Shown here in pieces: positions 45,843 through 55,407 of a DNA stretch of 64,000 nucleotides. The stretch's first letter is position 1, and each line of letters opens with the position of its first letter. Position numbers and translations under genes: made by a program. The notes beneath the pieces are model-generated. The model did no database searches, was not told the origin of the DNA, and saw nothing but the letters and a program-made list of their open reading frames with translations. Origin of the DNA: Phycisphaerales bacterium. GTDB taxonomy: Bacteria; Planctomycetota; Phycisphaerae; Phycisphaerales; SM1A02. The DNA lies in assembly GCA_020345805.1 (NCBI GenBank), contig CP070772.1, positions 3,090,365 through 3,154,364 on the forward strand. The letters are read 5' to 3'.

Positions 45843-47315
45843 ATGATTGAGGAAAACAGCGGTTTACACGCTGAGGCCGCGGGGACGGAGTGGTCCTACG
45901 CCCCCGCGCCGGAGAGTCTGAAGGTCGAGATCGCCGAGAAGTACGGCCTGTTCATAAACGGCCGGTTCGTCGCGCCGAAATCGCACAAGTACTTCCCGAC
46001 CATCAACCCCGCCAGCGAGGAGACGCTGTCGCAGATCGCCGAGGCGGGGGGCAGGGACGTCGAGGCGGCGGTCGCCGCGGCGAAGGCCGCACAGCCCGCC
46101 TGGGCGCGGCTGAAACCCACCGAACGGGCCAAGTTCCTCTTCCGCATCGCCCGCCGCATCCAGGAACGGACCAACGAGCTGGCGGTGCTGGAGACGATGG
46201 ACAACGGCAAGCCGATCGCCGAGTCGCGCAACGTCGATCTGCCGCTGGTGGCGCAACACTTCTTCTATCACGCCGGCTGGTGCGACAAGCTGAAGTACGC
46301 CTTCCCCGGCCGTGATCCGAAACCTCTCGGTGTGTGCGGGCAGATCATCCCCTGGAATTTCCCGCTGCTGATGATGGCCTGGAAGCTCGCCCCCGCCCTG
46401 GCCTGCGGCAACACCTGTGTGATCAAGCCCGCGGAAACGACCTCGCTGACCGCCCTGCGCCTGGCGGAGATCTTCCGGGAGATCGACCTGCCGCCGGGGG
46501 TGGTGAACATCGTCACCGGCGCCGGCGCGACGGGCCAGATGATCGTCAGACACAAGGCTGTCAACAAGATCGCGTTCACCGGCTCGACGGAGGTGGGCAA
46601 GCAGATCGCCGCGGCATGCGCCGACACCGACAAGCGACTCACGCTGGAACTGGGCGGCAAGAGCCCACATATTATATTCGAGAATGCCGCGCTGGATCAG
46701 GCGATCGAGGGCGCGATAACCGGCATTTATTTCAACCAGGGTCACGTCTGCTGCGCCGGCTCGCGGCTGTTAGTGCAGGAGTCGATACTCGATGAAGTGG
46801 TATCGCGCCTGCGCGAGCGTATTAAGTCGCTGCGGATGGGAGATCCGCTGGACAAGAACACGGATGTGGGTGCGATCAACTCCGCCGAGCAGCTCGCGAC
46901 AGTCAGGTATTATATCGAAAGCGGACTGGAGGAAGGCGCATCAATAATTAATAGCAGTGACGAGCCGCTGCCTGAGAGGGGATACTGGTGCCGGCCGTGC
47001 TTCTTTACGGATGTTCAGCCGAGCCAGTTGATTGCCCGCGAGGAAATCTTCGGCCCGGTCCTGGCCGTGATGAGTTTCCGCACACCGGAGGAGGCGATCA
47101 GTAAAGCCAACAACACGCCATACGGCTTGGCCGCGGGCATCTGGACGGACAAGGGCAGCAAGATGTTCGAGATGGCAAAGCGTCTGAAGGCGGGCGTGGT
47201 GTGGTGCAACGGCTACAACCTCTTTGATCCGGCCTCGCCCTTCGGCGGGTACAAGGAATCCGGCTTCGGACGCGAAGGCGGCCTGCAGGGCCTGAGCGCA
47301 TATGTCAGGATGTGA
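45843..47315 (+). CDS. NAD(P)-dependent aldehyde dehydrogenase
   Basis: IIPWNFPLLM, FTGSTEVGK, LELGGKSP, catalytic NQGHVCCAGSR, EEIFGPV, PFGGYKESG. Confidence 0.9.
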   Translation: MIEENSGLHAEAAGTEWSYAPAPESLKVEIAEKYGLFINGRFVAPKSHKYFPTINPASEETLSQIAEAGGRDVEAAVAAAKAAQPAWARLKPTERAKFLFRIARRIQERTNELAVLETMDNGKPIAESRNVDLPLVAQHFFYHAGWCDKLKYAFPGRDPKPLGVCGQIIPWNFPLLMMAWKLAPALACGNTCVIKPAETTSLTALRLAEIFREIDLPPGVVNIVTGAGATGQMIVRHKAVNKIAFTGSTEVGKQIAAACADTDKRLTLELGGKSPHIIFENAALDQAIEGAITGIYFNQGHVCCAGSRLLVQESILDEVVSRLRERIKSLRMGDPLDKNTDVGAINSAEQLATVRYYIESGLEEGASIINSSDEPLPERGYWCRPCFFTDVQPSQLIAREEIFGPVLAVMSFRTPEEAISKANNTPYGLAAGIWTDKGSKMFEMAKRLKAGVVWCNGYNLFDPASPFGGYKESGFGREGGLQGLSAYVRM

Positions 47316-47407
47316 TCGGCCGCCGCGGATTTCGGAGAGCGTGAATGAGCAAAGCCGGCGGCATGCCGGGATGTGAGTAATGATCGACAGGATTGAGGTG
47401 ATATACA

Positions 47408-48508
47408 GTGTCCTACGCTGATTCGCTCGTTTTCAAACCCGCGCGCTACGGTTCGATGTCGGTGCGCAACCGTATCGCGATGGCGCCGATGACACGCCGG
47501 AAGTGCGGCGAGGACGGCGTGGTCACCGAGCAAAGCGTGGAGTACTATCGCCGGCGCGCCGCGGGCGAGGTGGGCCTGATCATCAGCGAGGGCGTGCCGG
47601 TCGATTCGCTGCATGCCGCGGACGGGCCGACCGTACCGCACATGGAGACCGCCGGGCAGATCGCGGCGTGGAAGCGGGTGGTGGATGCGGTGCACGAGGA
47701 GGGCGGCGCGATCGCCCCGCAATTGTGGCACACCGGCCCGAAGGCGATGGACCCGATCGGGCCCTCGTCGTCTGCGGCGCCGCCGCGCAAGGACGGGCAG
47801 GCGAGGCCGGATGTGAGGGCGATGGAGGATGCGGATTTCGAGCAGGTGATCGAGGCGTTCGTGTCGGCGGCGCGGATTTCAAGGGAGATCGGCTGCAATG
47901 CAATCGAGCTGCACGGCGCCCACGGCTACCTGCTCGATGCGTTCCTCTGCCCGGGGACGAATCAAAGAACGGACGAGTACGGCGGGCCGATCGAGAACCG
48001 CCTGCGCTTCCCGCTTGAGGTTGTGAAAGCGGTGCGCGGAGCGGTCGGGGCGGACTATCCGATTCTCTACCGCATCAGCCAGTGGAAGAGCGAGGATGAG
48101 GACAAGATCAAGTTCCGAGGTCCCGATGATCTGGAGCCGGTGGTGGTTGCACTGCGGGAAGCGGGCGTGGACATCCTGCACGTGAGCACGGAGCGGGCGC
48201 TTGATCCGGCGTTTCCCGATGTCTCTGATAGGACGCTTGCCGGCTGGGTCAAGGAGCTATCAGACCTGCCGACGGTCGCGGTCGGATCGGTGTCCCTGGC
48301 TCTGATGTGCAACGATTCATACGGCGGGGAGATGGCCCGCGTGGCCGATCCGGGGCCGGAGATTGAGCTGATCGAGGAAGGCGAAGCGGACCTGCTGGCA
48401 GTGGGCAGGGCGCTGATCAGCAATCCGGATTGGGTGCAGATCGTTCGGGACGGCGACTGGCGCGATCTGAAGCCGTTCGCGATGTCGGATCTGGATACGT
48501 TGGCTTGA
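47408..48508 (+). CDS. Old Yellow Enzyme family NADH:flavin oxidoreductase
   Basis: GTG start. IAMAPMTR, QLWHTG, ELHGAHGYLLDAFL, NQRTDEYGG, VAVGR..ISNPDW. Confidence 0.85.
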   Translation: MSYADSLVFKPARYGSMSVRNRIAMAPMTRRKCGEDGVVTEQSVEYYRRRAAGEVGLIISEGVPVDSLHAADGPTVPHMETAGQIAAWKRVVDAVHEEGGAIAPQLWHTGPKAMDPIGPSSSAAPPRKDGQARPDVRAMEDADFEQVIEAFVSAARISREIGCNAIELHGAHGYLLDAFLCPGTNQRTDEYGGPIENRLRFPLEVVKAVRGAVGADYPILYRISQWKSEDEDKIKFRGPDDLEPVVVALREAGVDILHVSTERALDPAFPDVSDRTLAGWVKELSDLPTVAVGSVSLALMCNDSYGGEMARVADPGPEIELIEEGEADLLAVGRALISNPDWVQIVRDGDWRDLKPFAMSDLDTLA

Positions 48509-48547
48509 GGGTAGCGACCTCTGAGGACTCTTGAAGGCGGTTGCGAG

Positions 48548-49420
48548 ATGGAACGACTGGATGTGTTGAAGACGTACAAGCTCTACATCAACGGGGCTTT
48601 CCCGCGCACCGAATCGGGGCGGTCGATCGCGCTGAAGAACACGAGGGGCAAGGTGATTGCCCACATCTGTCACGGCTCGCGGAAAGACCTGCGCAACGCG
48701 GTGGAAGCGGCGAGAGCGGCCCAGGAGAAGTGGGCGGGCCGCGACGCCTACAACCGAGGGCAGATCCTCTACCGCATGGCGGAGATGATGGAGGGCAAGC
48801 GCGATGAGTTCGCCGAGGCGATCAGGGTGACCGGAGGTGCGACGGCGGCGGCGGCGAGGAAGGAAGTCGCCGCGTCGATCGACCGGCTGGTGTGCTTTGC
48901 CGGCTGGTGCGACAAGTTCGCCCAGGTGCTGGGCGGCCACAATCCCGTGGCCGGGCCGCATTACAACTTCACGATCCCCGAGCCCACGGGTGTGGTGGGG
49001 GTGGTGGCGCCGGATGAGCCGGCCCTGCTGGGGCTGATCACGCTGATCGGGCCGGCGATTTGCGCCGGCAATACGGTGGTGGCGATCGCAAGCCAGAAGC
49101 ACCCTCTGCCCGCGGCGGTTTTCGGCGAGGTGTGCGCGACCTCCGATGTTCCCAGTGGAGTGGTGAACATCATCACCGGCAAGCGCGCGGAACTGCTTGA
49201 ACATCTCGCCCGGCACCGGGAGGTGGATGCAATCAGCGCGGCGAATCTCCGCAAGAACCAGGCGGCAATCCTCCGGGCGGGGATGGCGGAGAACCTGAAG
49301 CGCGTATCCGTGCGAAAGCTGAATGCGGATGACTGGCATGACGCCGATGCCGGCGAATCGCCGTGGGCGATCGAGCCGGTGGTGGAGATGAAGACGATCT
49401 GGCATCCCAGCGCAAGCTGA
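48548..49420 (+). CDS. aldehyde-dehydrogenase-like protein lacking the catalytic domain
   Basis: The ALDH N-terminal/NAD-binding half is recognisable (YINGAF, RGQILYRMAEMM, EPTGVVGVVAPDEPALLGL, NIITG). The protein ends after 290 aa with no ELGGK Glu and no catalytic Cys region. Confidence 0.7.
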   Translation: MERLDVLKTYKLYINGAFPRTESGRSIALKNTRGKVIAHICHGSRKDLRNAVEAARAAQEKWAGRDAYNRGQILYRMAEMMEGKRDEFAEAIRVTGGATAAAARKEVAASIDRLVCFAGWCDKFAQVLGGHNPVAGPHYNFTIPEPTGVVGVVAPDEPALLGLITLIGPAICAGNTVVAIASQKHPLPAAVFGEVCATSDVPSGVVNIITGKRAELLEHLARHREVDAISAANLRKNQAAILRAGMAENLKRVSVRKLNADDWHDADAGESPWAIEPVVEMKTIWHPSAS

Positions 49421-49451
49421 GATGGTTCCGGCCGGCTCTCCGTTGAGGGGC

Positions 49452-50387
49452 TTACTGCTTGGGCACGAGCACGAGACGGGGCCTCTGCGGCTCCGTGCCC
49501 AGATCCGGGCGCTGGGGATCGATATATACCTGCAGCGGTTCGCCGTTGACCAACCGGGCCGGGAACCGCGCCAGGAACGCCTCGACATCCGGGTGATACA
49601 GACCGCTGGCGGCGTCTATCGCGCGGTGGTCGAAGAGACCGACGGTGACCGTGCTCAAGCCGCGGTCAGGATCGTGGTGGAAATAGGCGTCGATGCCCTG
49701 GGTGCGCAGGCGGCGGGCGTAGGCTTCGGCTTCCGACTGGACCTGCTGAAGCGACAGGTCGCCGGATTCGAAATTGGTGCCCCAGATGGCCACGTCCAGC
49801 GTGTAGAGGGGGTCCACATTCGGGTAGCGCTGCCGGGCTGTGATCAGTTCGAACGGCTTGAGCTGACGCTGGGCTGCGTGTGGCCTGACGCGGCTGAGCA
49901 TGGCCCGGGCGAAGACGGGGCGATCGCCGATGGTGATGGACTTGATGGTTTTCAGATCGTACTGGGCGGCGGGATCATCCGGGGCCGGGTAGCTGCCGAA
50001 CACGACCATCGAGGCCTCGGCCGCCCGATGGACGCGTGCCTCGGCTAGGAGGGGATCGATGGCCGGCAACTGGCGGAGCATCCTCTGGGCGGCGGCAAGG
50101 TGGTCGCCGGTGGCGAAGGTCTCCAGAACAATGGTCCAGACCGGTCCGGAGGTGGCAGGCTCGGCGGTCGTCGCGCTGCGGGCGGGAACCACTTCCCAGT
50201 CGTCTCCGAACTCCAGCTCCGCGACCCCGGTCCGGGCAGGTTCTCGGACTTCAGCGGAATCTTCGACGTTTTTTGGACGGTCCTTCGGGCCTGGTCCGCT
50301 GGTGGTGCACGCCGCTGACGCCAAGACCAGAACTGCCAGCAGGGGGGCAACAAGGCGGGTTTTATGGGAAGTCCAGCGCAAAGCCAA
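49452..50387 (-). CDS. lipoprotein with two SPOR-like domains (tentative)
   Basis: Lipobox LVLASAACT. WTIVLETFATGDHLAAAQRML...MVVFGSYP and DVAIWGTNF...AEAYARRLRTQGIDAYF...TVTVGLF resemble SPOR repeats. Confidence 0.4.
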   Translation of the reverse strand: MALRWTSHKTRLVAPLLAVLVLASAACTTSGPGPKDRPKNVEDSAEVREPARTGVAELEFGDDWEVVPARSATTAEPATSGPVWTIVLETFATGDHLAAAQRMLRQLPAIDPLLAEARVHRAAEASMVVFGSYPAPDDPAAQYDLKTIKSITIGDRPVFARAMLSRVRPHAAQRQLKPFELITARQRYPNVDPLYTLDVAIWGTNFESGDLSLQQVQSEAEAYARRLRTQGIDAYFHHDPDRGLSTVTVGLFDHRAIDAASGLYHPDVEAFLARFPARLVNGEPLQVYIDPQRPDLGTEPQRPRLVLVPKQ

Positions 50388-50616
50388 ATGCCGCGCGAGG
50401 CCGGGGAGGTGAAAGGTAAAATCGGAGATGGTCCGGGAACGTCCGAGAACCTCGTAACCCTATCTCCTTTCCGGGTTTGTGTCAAAAAGGCCGATTTCTC
50501 TAAAGTTCAAGCTGCGCCGACTGATCCGACGATAGGAGTTGCGTGGACGCGGGCTTCCCCAGGTGCCCCCGCGACCAAGTCCAGGTAGGTCCCCGGGACG
50601 ACAGCGCAGCAAAGTA

Positions 50617-50934
50617 ATGGCTGCGCAGGAGTTCTTGTCGATGCCTGACATCTCGTCAATAGGTCACGGGCCGCCGGAACCGCTGAACCGTGCCGCCTCA
50701 CTTGCCGCGTTTCGAGAGAACGGCTTTGTGGAGGGTGAGCACGGCGACAGAACACCGGCCGACCGCGTGGAATTGTCAGACCACGCCAGGTTTCTGGACC
50801 GCATTCGACAATTCCCCGAAGTTCGGACGGATCGGATCGAGAATGTTCGCCAGGCTATCGCCGACGGTACCTACGAGACTGATGAGGTGCTGGAGATTGT
50901 CATCGATCGCCTCGCAGAGGAACTGATCGTGTAA
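50617..50934 (+). CDS. flgM: anti-sigma-28 factor FlgM
   Basis: The C-terminal VRTDRIENVRQAIADGTYETDEVLEIVIDRL is the FlgM signature. 105 aa from ATG 50617. Confidence 0.75.
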   Translation: MAAQEFLSMPDISSIGHGPPEPLNRAASLAAFRENGFVEGEHGDRTPADRVELSDHARFLDRIRQFPEVRTDRIENVRQAIADGTYETDEVLEIVIDRLAEELIV

Positions 50935-51252
50935 TACCGAATGGTCATCGGCCGATTGCGAGTCGGCGGGCCCGCGGAGCGACGGTGCTGCGGGCCCGTT
51001 TGTCATTACCATCCACGGACTGAAGCCGGCAGCAGCGGTTGAGTCCCGCTTCTCGGTGTGCGGAGGCGGCGGATAGGGGCCATGGGATGTCCCTCTGATC
51101 CGCTTGGCGGTCGAGCGCCCGGAAGACCGGTGGGGGAGGGCCAGCGAAGGGGCTGGCAACTGTTTTGGGCGAAAACCGTCTTTTTCGCTCACACCACCTC
51201 CTCGATGATCGCCTTCCATTACGGGGTTTCCCTCAAGGAAGGATCCCTGCGC

Positions 51253-51738
51253 ATGCCGTTCGAACAACCCATGGATCTACAGGCTGCTCTGCGCGAATTG
51301 GAGCAGTGGAAAACGGATTTTCCCACCGCGGGGCAGCGGCGCTTCGCCCGATTCCCGGCACGGGGGCAGGCATATCTCTGGCCGGGGGAAAAGGCTGTCG
51401 GCGTCGAGCCGCTTGGAACTCTGCACGTGCGGGACATCAGCCGGAGCGGAGTCGGTCTGGTAAGCAGCGCACCGGCGACTCCCGGCCAGTCCTGGCTTCT
51501 TCAACTGGGCGATGAACGGCTCGTAGTGGCCACCCTGTTCGCGGCCTGCCGGTTCTGCCGCAAGATCATTGACGGGGCATACCTCATCGGTGTGGAATTT
51601 GGCGTTGACGCTGCCGTGCTGCTGGCGATGGGCGTGCCGGCCAGGGTGCTCATGCTGGGTGACGAGCCGGAGGATGATCGCGCCGTCGTCGGCGATTTCG
51701 CCGATCCGAAATCCGTGATCGGGCCGGAGATCGACTGA
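51253..51738 (+). CDS. PilZ domain (c-di-GMP binding) protein
   Basis: RRFAR (RxxxR) followed by DISRSG (D/NxSxxG) about 40 aa later. Confidence 0.75.
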   Translation: MPFEQPMDLQAALRELEQWKTDFPTAGQRRFARFPARGQAYLWPGEKAVGVEPLGTLHVRDISRSGVGLVSSAPATPGQSWLLQLGDERLVVATLFAACRFCRKIIDGAYLIGVEFGVDAAVLLAMGVPARVLMLGDEPEDDRAVVGDFADPKSVIGPEID

Positions 51739-51789
51739 GCCCGTCCCGGCTTGGGTCTCTGGCCGTCCCGAAGCCGTCGGGACCGGTCT

Positions 51790-51897
51790 TGCGCGCGCAG
51801 AATTGTCGCAGCCCTCGCGACTTTTCAAAAAAAAATAACCGTGTTCCTGGGCCTGCCAGCGGGGTTTTTGCCCCGGAGGTCGATTTCTGCGCGCGCA
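51790..51897. repeat. 13-bp inverted repeat TGCGCGCGCAGAA / TTCTGCGCGCGCA flanking an A9 tract, upstream of the portal gene
   Basis: Arms at 51790-51802 and 51885-51897. A9 at about 51826-51834. Small hairpin CGGGG-TTTTTG-CCCCG at about 51860-51875. Confidence 0.5.
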
Positions 51898-51991
51898 GGG
51901 AGCGCACCCCGGCCACGGGTGGAACCGCATTCCGACCGGCAAGTCAAGCCGCCACACCATCGGCGGGGACAGCCCTCAGGAGAAACCCACC

Positions 51992-53488
51992 GTGGCCTAC
52001 CAACTGCAGCCGTTTCAGTCGATTCCTCTGGACGAGTCACTGCTCGAACTTCTCATCGAGGAACACGAGACAATTCATCTGCCCCGCCTGCAGCGCCTCT
52101 GGAACTACTACCGCAACGCGCTGGCCGAGCCGGACGACAGTGGCGGCTCGACCGGAGCGCCGGCCCAGTCCGCCGGTCTGCCTGCCCGGCTGACCGAACC
52201 CAGAGGCCTCGATCAGGACGAGCGGCAGATCCGCCAGGTTGTGATCGAGAACGACATCGCCTGGCGCGTTCACACCCTGGTCGATTTCATGTTCCCCGCC
52301 GCTCCGAAGATCGCCAGCACTGCTGCCGACCCGCAGGCGCGGGCCGAGATCGAGCAGTTGCTGGAAACCATCCTCGAGGCCAACGGTGGCGTTGCCCTGT
52401 GGCAGGACGCCGCCCTGCTCGGCTCGGTCTTCGGGCACGTCGATTTCCTGCTCGATTGCGCAGGGCTGGGGACTGTGCCGTTGCAGCGGAGATCAACTGG
52501 GGCGGCCCCGTCTAAACCTCCCCTCGACGACCTGGCCGATCGGGTTGGGTCGAAAGTCGCCATCGAGACGGTGGAGGCCCCCCGGGCGATCCCGCTGCTG
52601 AACGGCGCCGACTACCGCGCGCTGGACGCATACATCATCCACTATCGCAAGCCGGTGAACGAGGTTCAGCGCCCGAGCATGCTGGCCCGCCTCAGCCGGG
52701 CGGTCACGGGGCGCGGGCTTCCCTCGGGGCAGCGCGCTTCGGTCACCGTCACCGAGATTCACTCGGCCTCGAACTGTCAGCGCTACGAGGATGGGCGGCT
52801 TGTCGCAGAAGCGGTCAACCGCCTGGGCGTGCTCCCGGTGGTCCACATCCAGAACCTGAGTCAGCCTCTGGTCTTTGCAGGGCTCAGCGATGTGGAACCG
52901 CTAATTCCGCTCCAGGACGAGCTGAACACCCGCGTCAGCGATCGGGCCAACCGCGTCACCATGCAGAGCTTCCAGATGTGGCTCGGCAAGGGGATCGACG
53001 GCTTCACCGATCACCCGATCGGCCCGGGCCAAATGTGGGTGACCGACAATCTCGACGCTTCGATCGAGTCTTTCGGCGGCGACGCGGACAGCCCTTCCGA
53101 GCGCGCCCACCTCGAGGAGCTGCGCGAAGCGCTGGACAAGGCGTCCGGCGTCACCCCCGCCGCAGCCGGCCATATCAAGGCCAGGGTGGGAAACCTCACT
53201 TCCGAAAACGCGCTGCGCATCTCCCTCATGGGCACCATCGCCAAGATCAAGCGCAAGCGCATCACCTACGGCGGGGGAATCGAGGCGCTGTGCGGCCTGA
53301 TCCTGCACGCCCTGGACGTGTACGGCCTGTTTCGCACCAAACCCGGCGACCGCGGCGTGCAGATCGTGTGGTCCGACCCGCTGCCGGTGGACGAGACCCG
53401 CCGCATCAGCGACGCCCTGGCCAAGGCCCAGCTCGGCGTGCCGTTGAGTGTCCTGAGAGCCGAGCTGGGCTACGCGGAGGAGGAGTAA
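51992..53488 (+). CDS. phage portal protein (SPP1 gp6-like)
   Basis: GTG start with AGGAG upstream. 498 aa. RLQRLWNYYRN, ENDIAWRVHTLVDFMF, PLIPLQDELNTRVSDRANRV and LREALDKASGVTPAAAG match the portal clip/wing pattern as I recall it. Confidence 0.75.
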   Translation: MAYQLQPFQSIPLDESLLELLIEEHETIHLPRLQRLWNYYRNALAEPDDSGGSTGAPAQSAGLPARLTEPRGLDQDERQIRQVVIENDIAWRVHTLVDFMFPAAPKIASTAADPQARAEIEQLLETILEANGGVALWQDAALLGSVFGHVDFLLDCAGLGTVPLQRRSTGAAPSKPPLDDLADRVGSKVAIETVEAPRAIPLLNGADYRALDAYIIHYRKPVNEVQRPSMLARLSRAVTGRGLPSGQRASVTVTEIHSASNCQRYEDGRLVAEAVNRLGVLPVVHIQNLSQPLVFAGLSDVEPLIPLQDELNTRVSDRANRVTMQSFQMWLGKGIDGFTDHPIGPGQMWVTDNLDASIESFGGDADSPSERAHLEELREALDKASGVTPAAAGHIKARVGNLTSENALRISLMGTIAKIKRKRITYGGGIEALCGLILHALDVYGLFRTKPGDRGVQIVWSDPLPVDETRRISDALAKAQLGVPLSVLRAELGYAEEE

Positions 53489-53553
53489 TCGGGCGGGGAC
53501 CGGCCGACGGCAGGCACCCCCTATACGCAACCACACAGCAAGCGGAGTGAACG

Positions 53554-54138
53554 ATGAGTGAGCAAGAGACAGTTCAGACGAACGAAGCGACCGCACCAGA
53601 CGGTGAAGTGAAGGACGCAGCGGAGCAGGGCTCGGGCGCGGATGACGCAATCCAGGCCCAACTGCCGGATGAGGAGTCCGGGGGCGAGGAAAAACTCGTG
53701 CCCGTTTCCGAGGCCCGGAGGTACCGCAAGAGAGCCCAGGCCGCCGAGAAGATCGCCTCCGATCTGCAGCAGGAGCTTGCGGCCAAGGAGGCGGACCTGG
53801 CGCAGCGCCGCCGGGATCTGGAGGAACTGCAGCTCCGTCAGGAGATCGACGAGCTTCTGATTGAAGCGGAGGTCGTCGACCTGGAGACGGGCCGGCTTCT
53901 GACGGAGTTGGCGGCCGCGGCCACGGACGAGCCGGACGTGGAGCAGGCGGTGGCGGAGCTGCAGCGGCGCAAGCCGTTCCTGTTCCGCCGCAGCCCCCGC
54001 AGCTCTGGCGCGCTTAGTCCCAGGGCCGAGGGAGACGATCCCCTCCAGCACCGGCTTGAAGACGCCGCGGCCGAAGCCGGCATCACCGGCCGCCGGCAGG
54101 ACCTCCTGCGCTACCTGCGCCTGAGAAGGAAGAAGTAG
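53554..54138 (+). CDS. scaffolding-like protein (acidic N-terminus, coiled coil, basic C-terminus)
   Basis: Position between portal and capsid. EARRYRKRAQAAEKIASDLQQELAAKEADLAQRRRDLEELQLRQEIDELL. C-terminal LLRYLRLRRKK. Confidence 0.55.
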   Translation: MSEQETVQTNEATAPDGEVKDAAEQGSGADDAIQAQLPDEESGGEEKLVPVSEARRYRKRAQAAEKIASDLQQELAAKEADLAQRRRDLEELQLRQEIDELLIEAEVVDLETGRLLTELAAAATDEPDVEQAVAELQRRKPFLFRRSPRSSGALSPRAEGDDPLQHRLEDAAAEAGITGRRQDLLRYLRLRRKK

Positions 54139-54216
54139 TCGAAGCCGCGGGCTCGCCCTCCCGGGCATCCGGGCGGCTTCGGCGGACACGGACAAGATCA
54201 CACAAAGGAACTGAAC

Positions 54217-55389
54217 ATGCCATTCACCGGAAAAGCAACCTACTCGGCCGGGGCGACCCTGCCGGAGATCGCCGAAGACGTCAGCGACATCATCGCCATC
54301 GTCAGCCCCTACGAGACGCCCCTGCTGGATCATCTGGGTGATCCCCAGCGCTGGGCCATGAGCACCGTTCACGAGTGGCTCGAAGATGCCCTGCTTCCCA
54401 ACACCGATGCCGTCGATGACGATTCCATCGCCGATCCCGAGAACGAGACCACCTTCACCGTCGAGCATGGCGATCGCTTCCGCGTGGGCGATCAGATCAA
54501 GCTCCAGGGCAAGGACGAGGTCATGCTCGTCACCGGCATCAGCGACAACGATCTGACCGTCGTGCGGCAGTACGGCGGCAGCACCGCGGTCGCCCTGCAG
54601 GACGACGACGTGATCAACATCCTCGGCAACGCCGCCCTGGAGGGCGATGACGCCCCCACCGCCCGGTTCACCAACCGCACGCGCCTGCAGAACTACACGC
54701 AGATCTTCACCGCCACGGTGGAGGTGTCCGGCAGCCAGCTCGCGGCCCAGTCCATCGGCATCGACGACGAGATGGACTACCAGAAGCAGGAGCGCCTGCG
54801 CGAAATGCTCCGTGATCTGGAGAACTGCGTGATCAACGGCATCGCCGCCTCCAGTGACGGCCAGGGCAGCGGTTCGCTCCGCCGGACCATGAACGGGATC
54901 CTTGCCCTGCTCCAGACCAACCTCTTCGAGCCGGGTGTGGATCCGATACCCGACGGCGACGGGCCCGGGGCCGATCTGCTCAACGAGGCGGTCCTCAACG
55001 CCGCCCTCCGCGCGGTGTGGGAGCAGAGCAGCGGCAACGTCGACACCATCCTCTGCGGCGGGTTCCAGAAGCGCCGCATCAACGGCTTCATCTCCGCCAC
55101 CCAGCGCTACGCCGACAGCGACAAGGCGTTCAGCTCGATGGTGGATGTCTATGAGTCGGACTTCGGCATCTGCCGCGTCGTGCTCAGCCGCTGGGTGCCG
55201 CAGGACAAGCTGCTGCTCCTGGACAGCTCGCGGATCGACGTGTTGCCGCTGTCCGGGCGGAGCTTCCACGCCAAGCCGCTGGCCTCGACCGGCGATGCCG
55301 ATCTCAGCCAAGTCATCGGCGAGTACACCATGGAGTTCCGCAACGAGAACGCCCACGCGGTCATCGAGAATCTGGCGATCACCGCCTGA
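54217..55389 (+). CDS. major capsid protein, SU10/DUF5309-type (HK97 fold)
   Basis: The N-terminal DVSDIIAIVSPYETPLLDHLG....STVHEWLEDAL matches the family hallmark (D.S..I..i.P.eTP....l......t.hEW..D.L). 390 aa. Confidence 0.75.
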   Translation: MPFTGKATYSAGATLPEIAEDVSDIIAIVSPYETPLLDHLGDPQRWAMSTVHEWLEDALLPNTDAVDDDSIADPENETTFTVEHGDRFRVGDQIKLQGKDEVMLVTGISDNDLTVVRQYGGSTAVALQDDDVINILGNAALEGDDAPTARFTNRTRLQNYTQIFTATVEVSGSQLAAQSIGIDDEMDYQKQERLREMLRDLENCVINGIAASSDGQGSGSLRRTMNGILALLQTNLFEPGVDPIPDGDGPGADLLNEAVLNAALRAVWEQSSGNVDTILCGGFQKRRINGFISATQRYADSDKAFSSMVDVYESDFGICRVVLSRWVPQDKLLLLDSSRIDVLPLSGRSFHAKPLASTGDADLSQVIGEYTMEFRNENAHAVIENLAITA

Positions 55390-55407
55390 CGCTCTCTCCT
55401 CCCGTCA

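Noticed and set aside
50501-50534. Sigma-28-type promoter upstream of flgM (TAAAGTTC ... GCCGACTG / CCGACGATA)
   Set aside because: The -35-like TAAAGTTC is good, but neither -10-like element sits at the expected spacing of about 11 nt (7 nt and 17 nt instead). The consensus for this phylum is also unknown to me.
53521-55356. 611-aa minus-strand ORF
   Set aside because: It is antisense to the scaffold and capsid genes, whose plus-strand products have clear family hallmarks. This is a shadow ORF.
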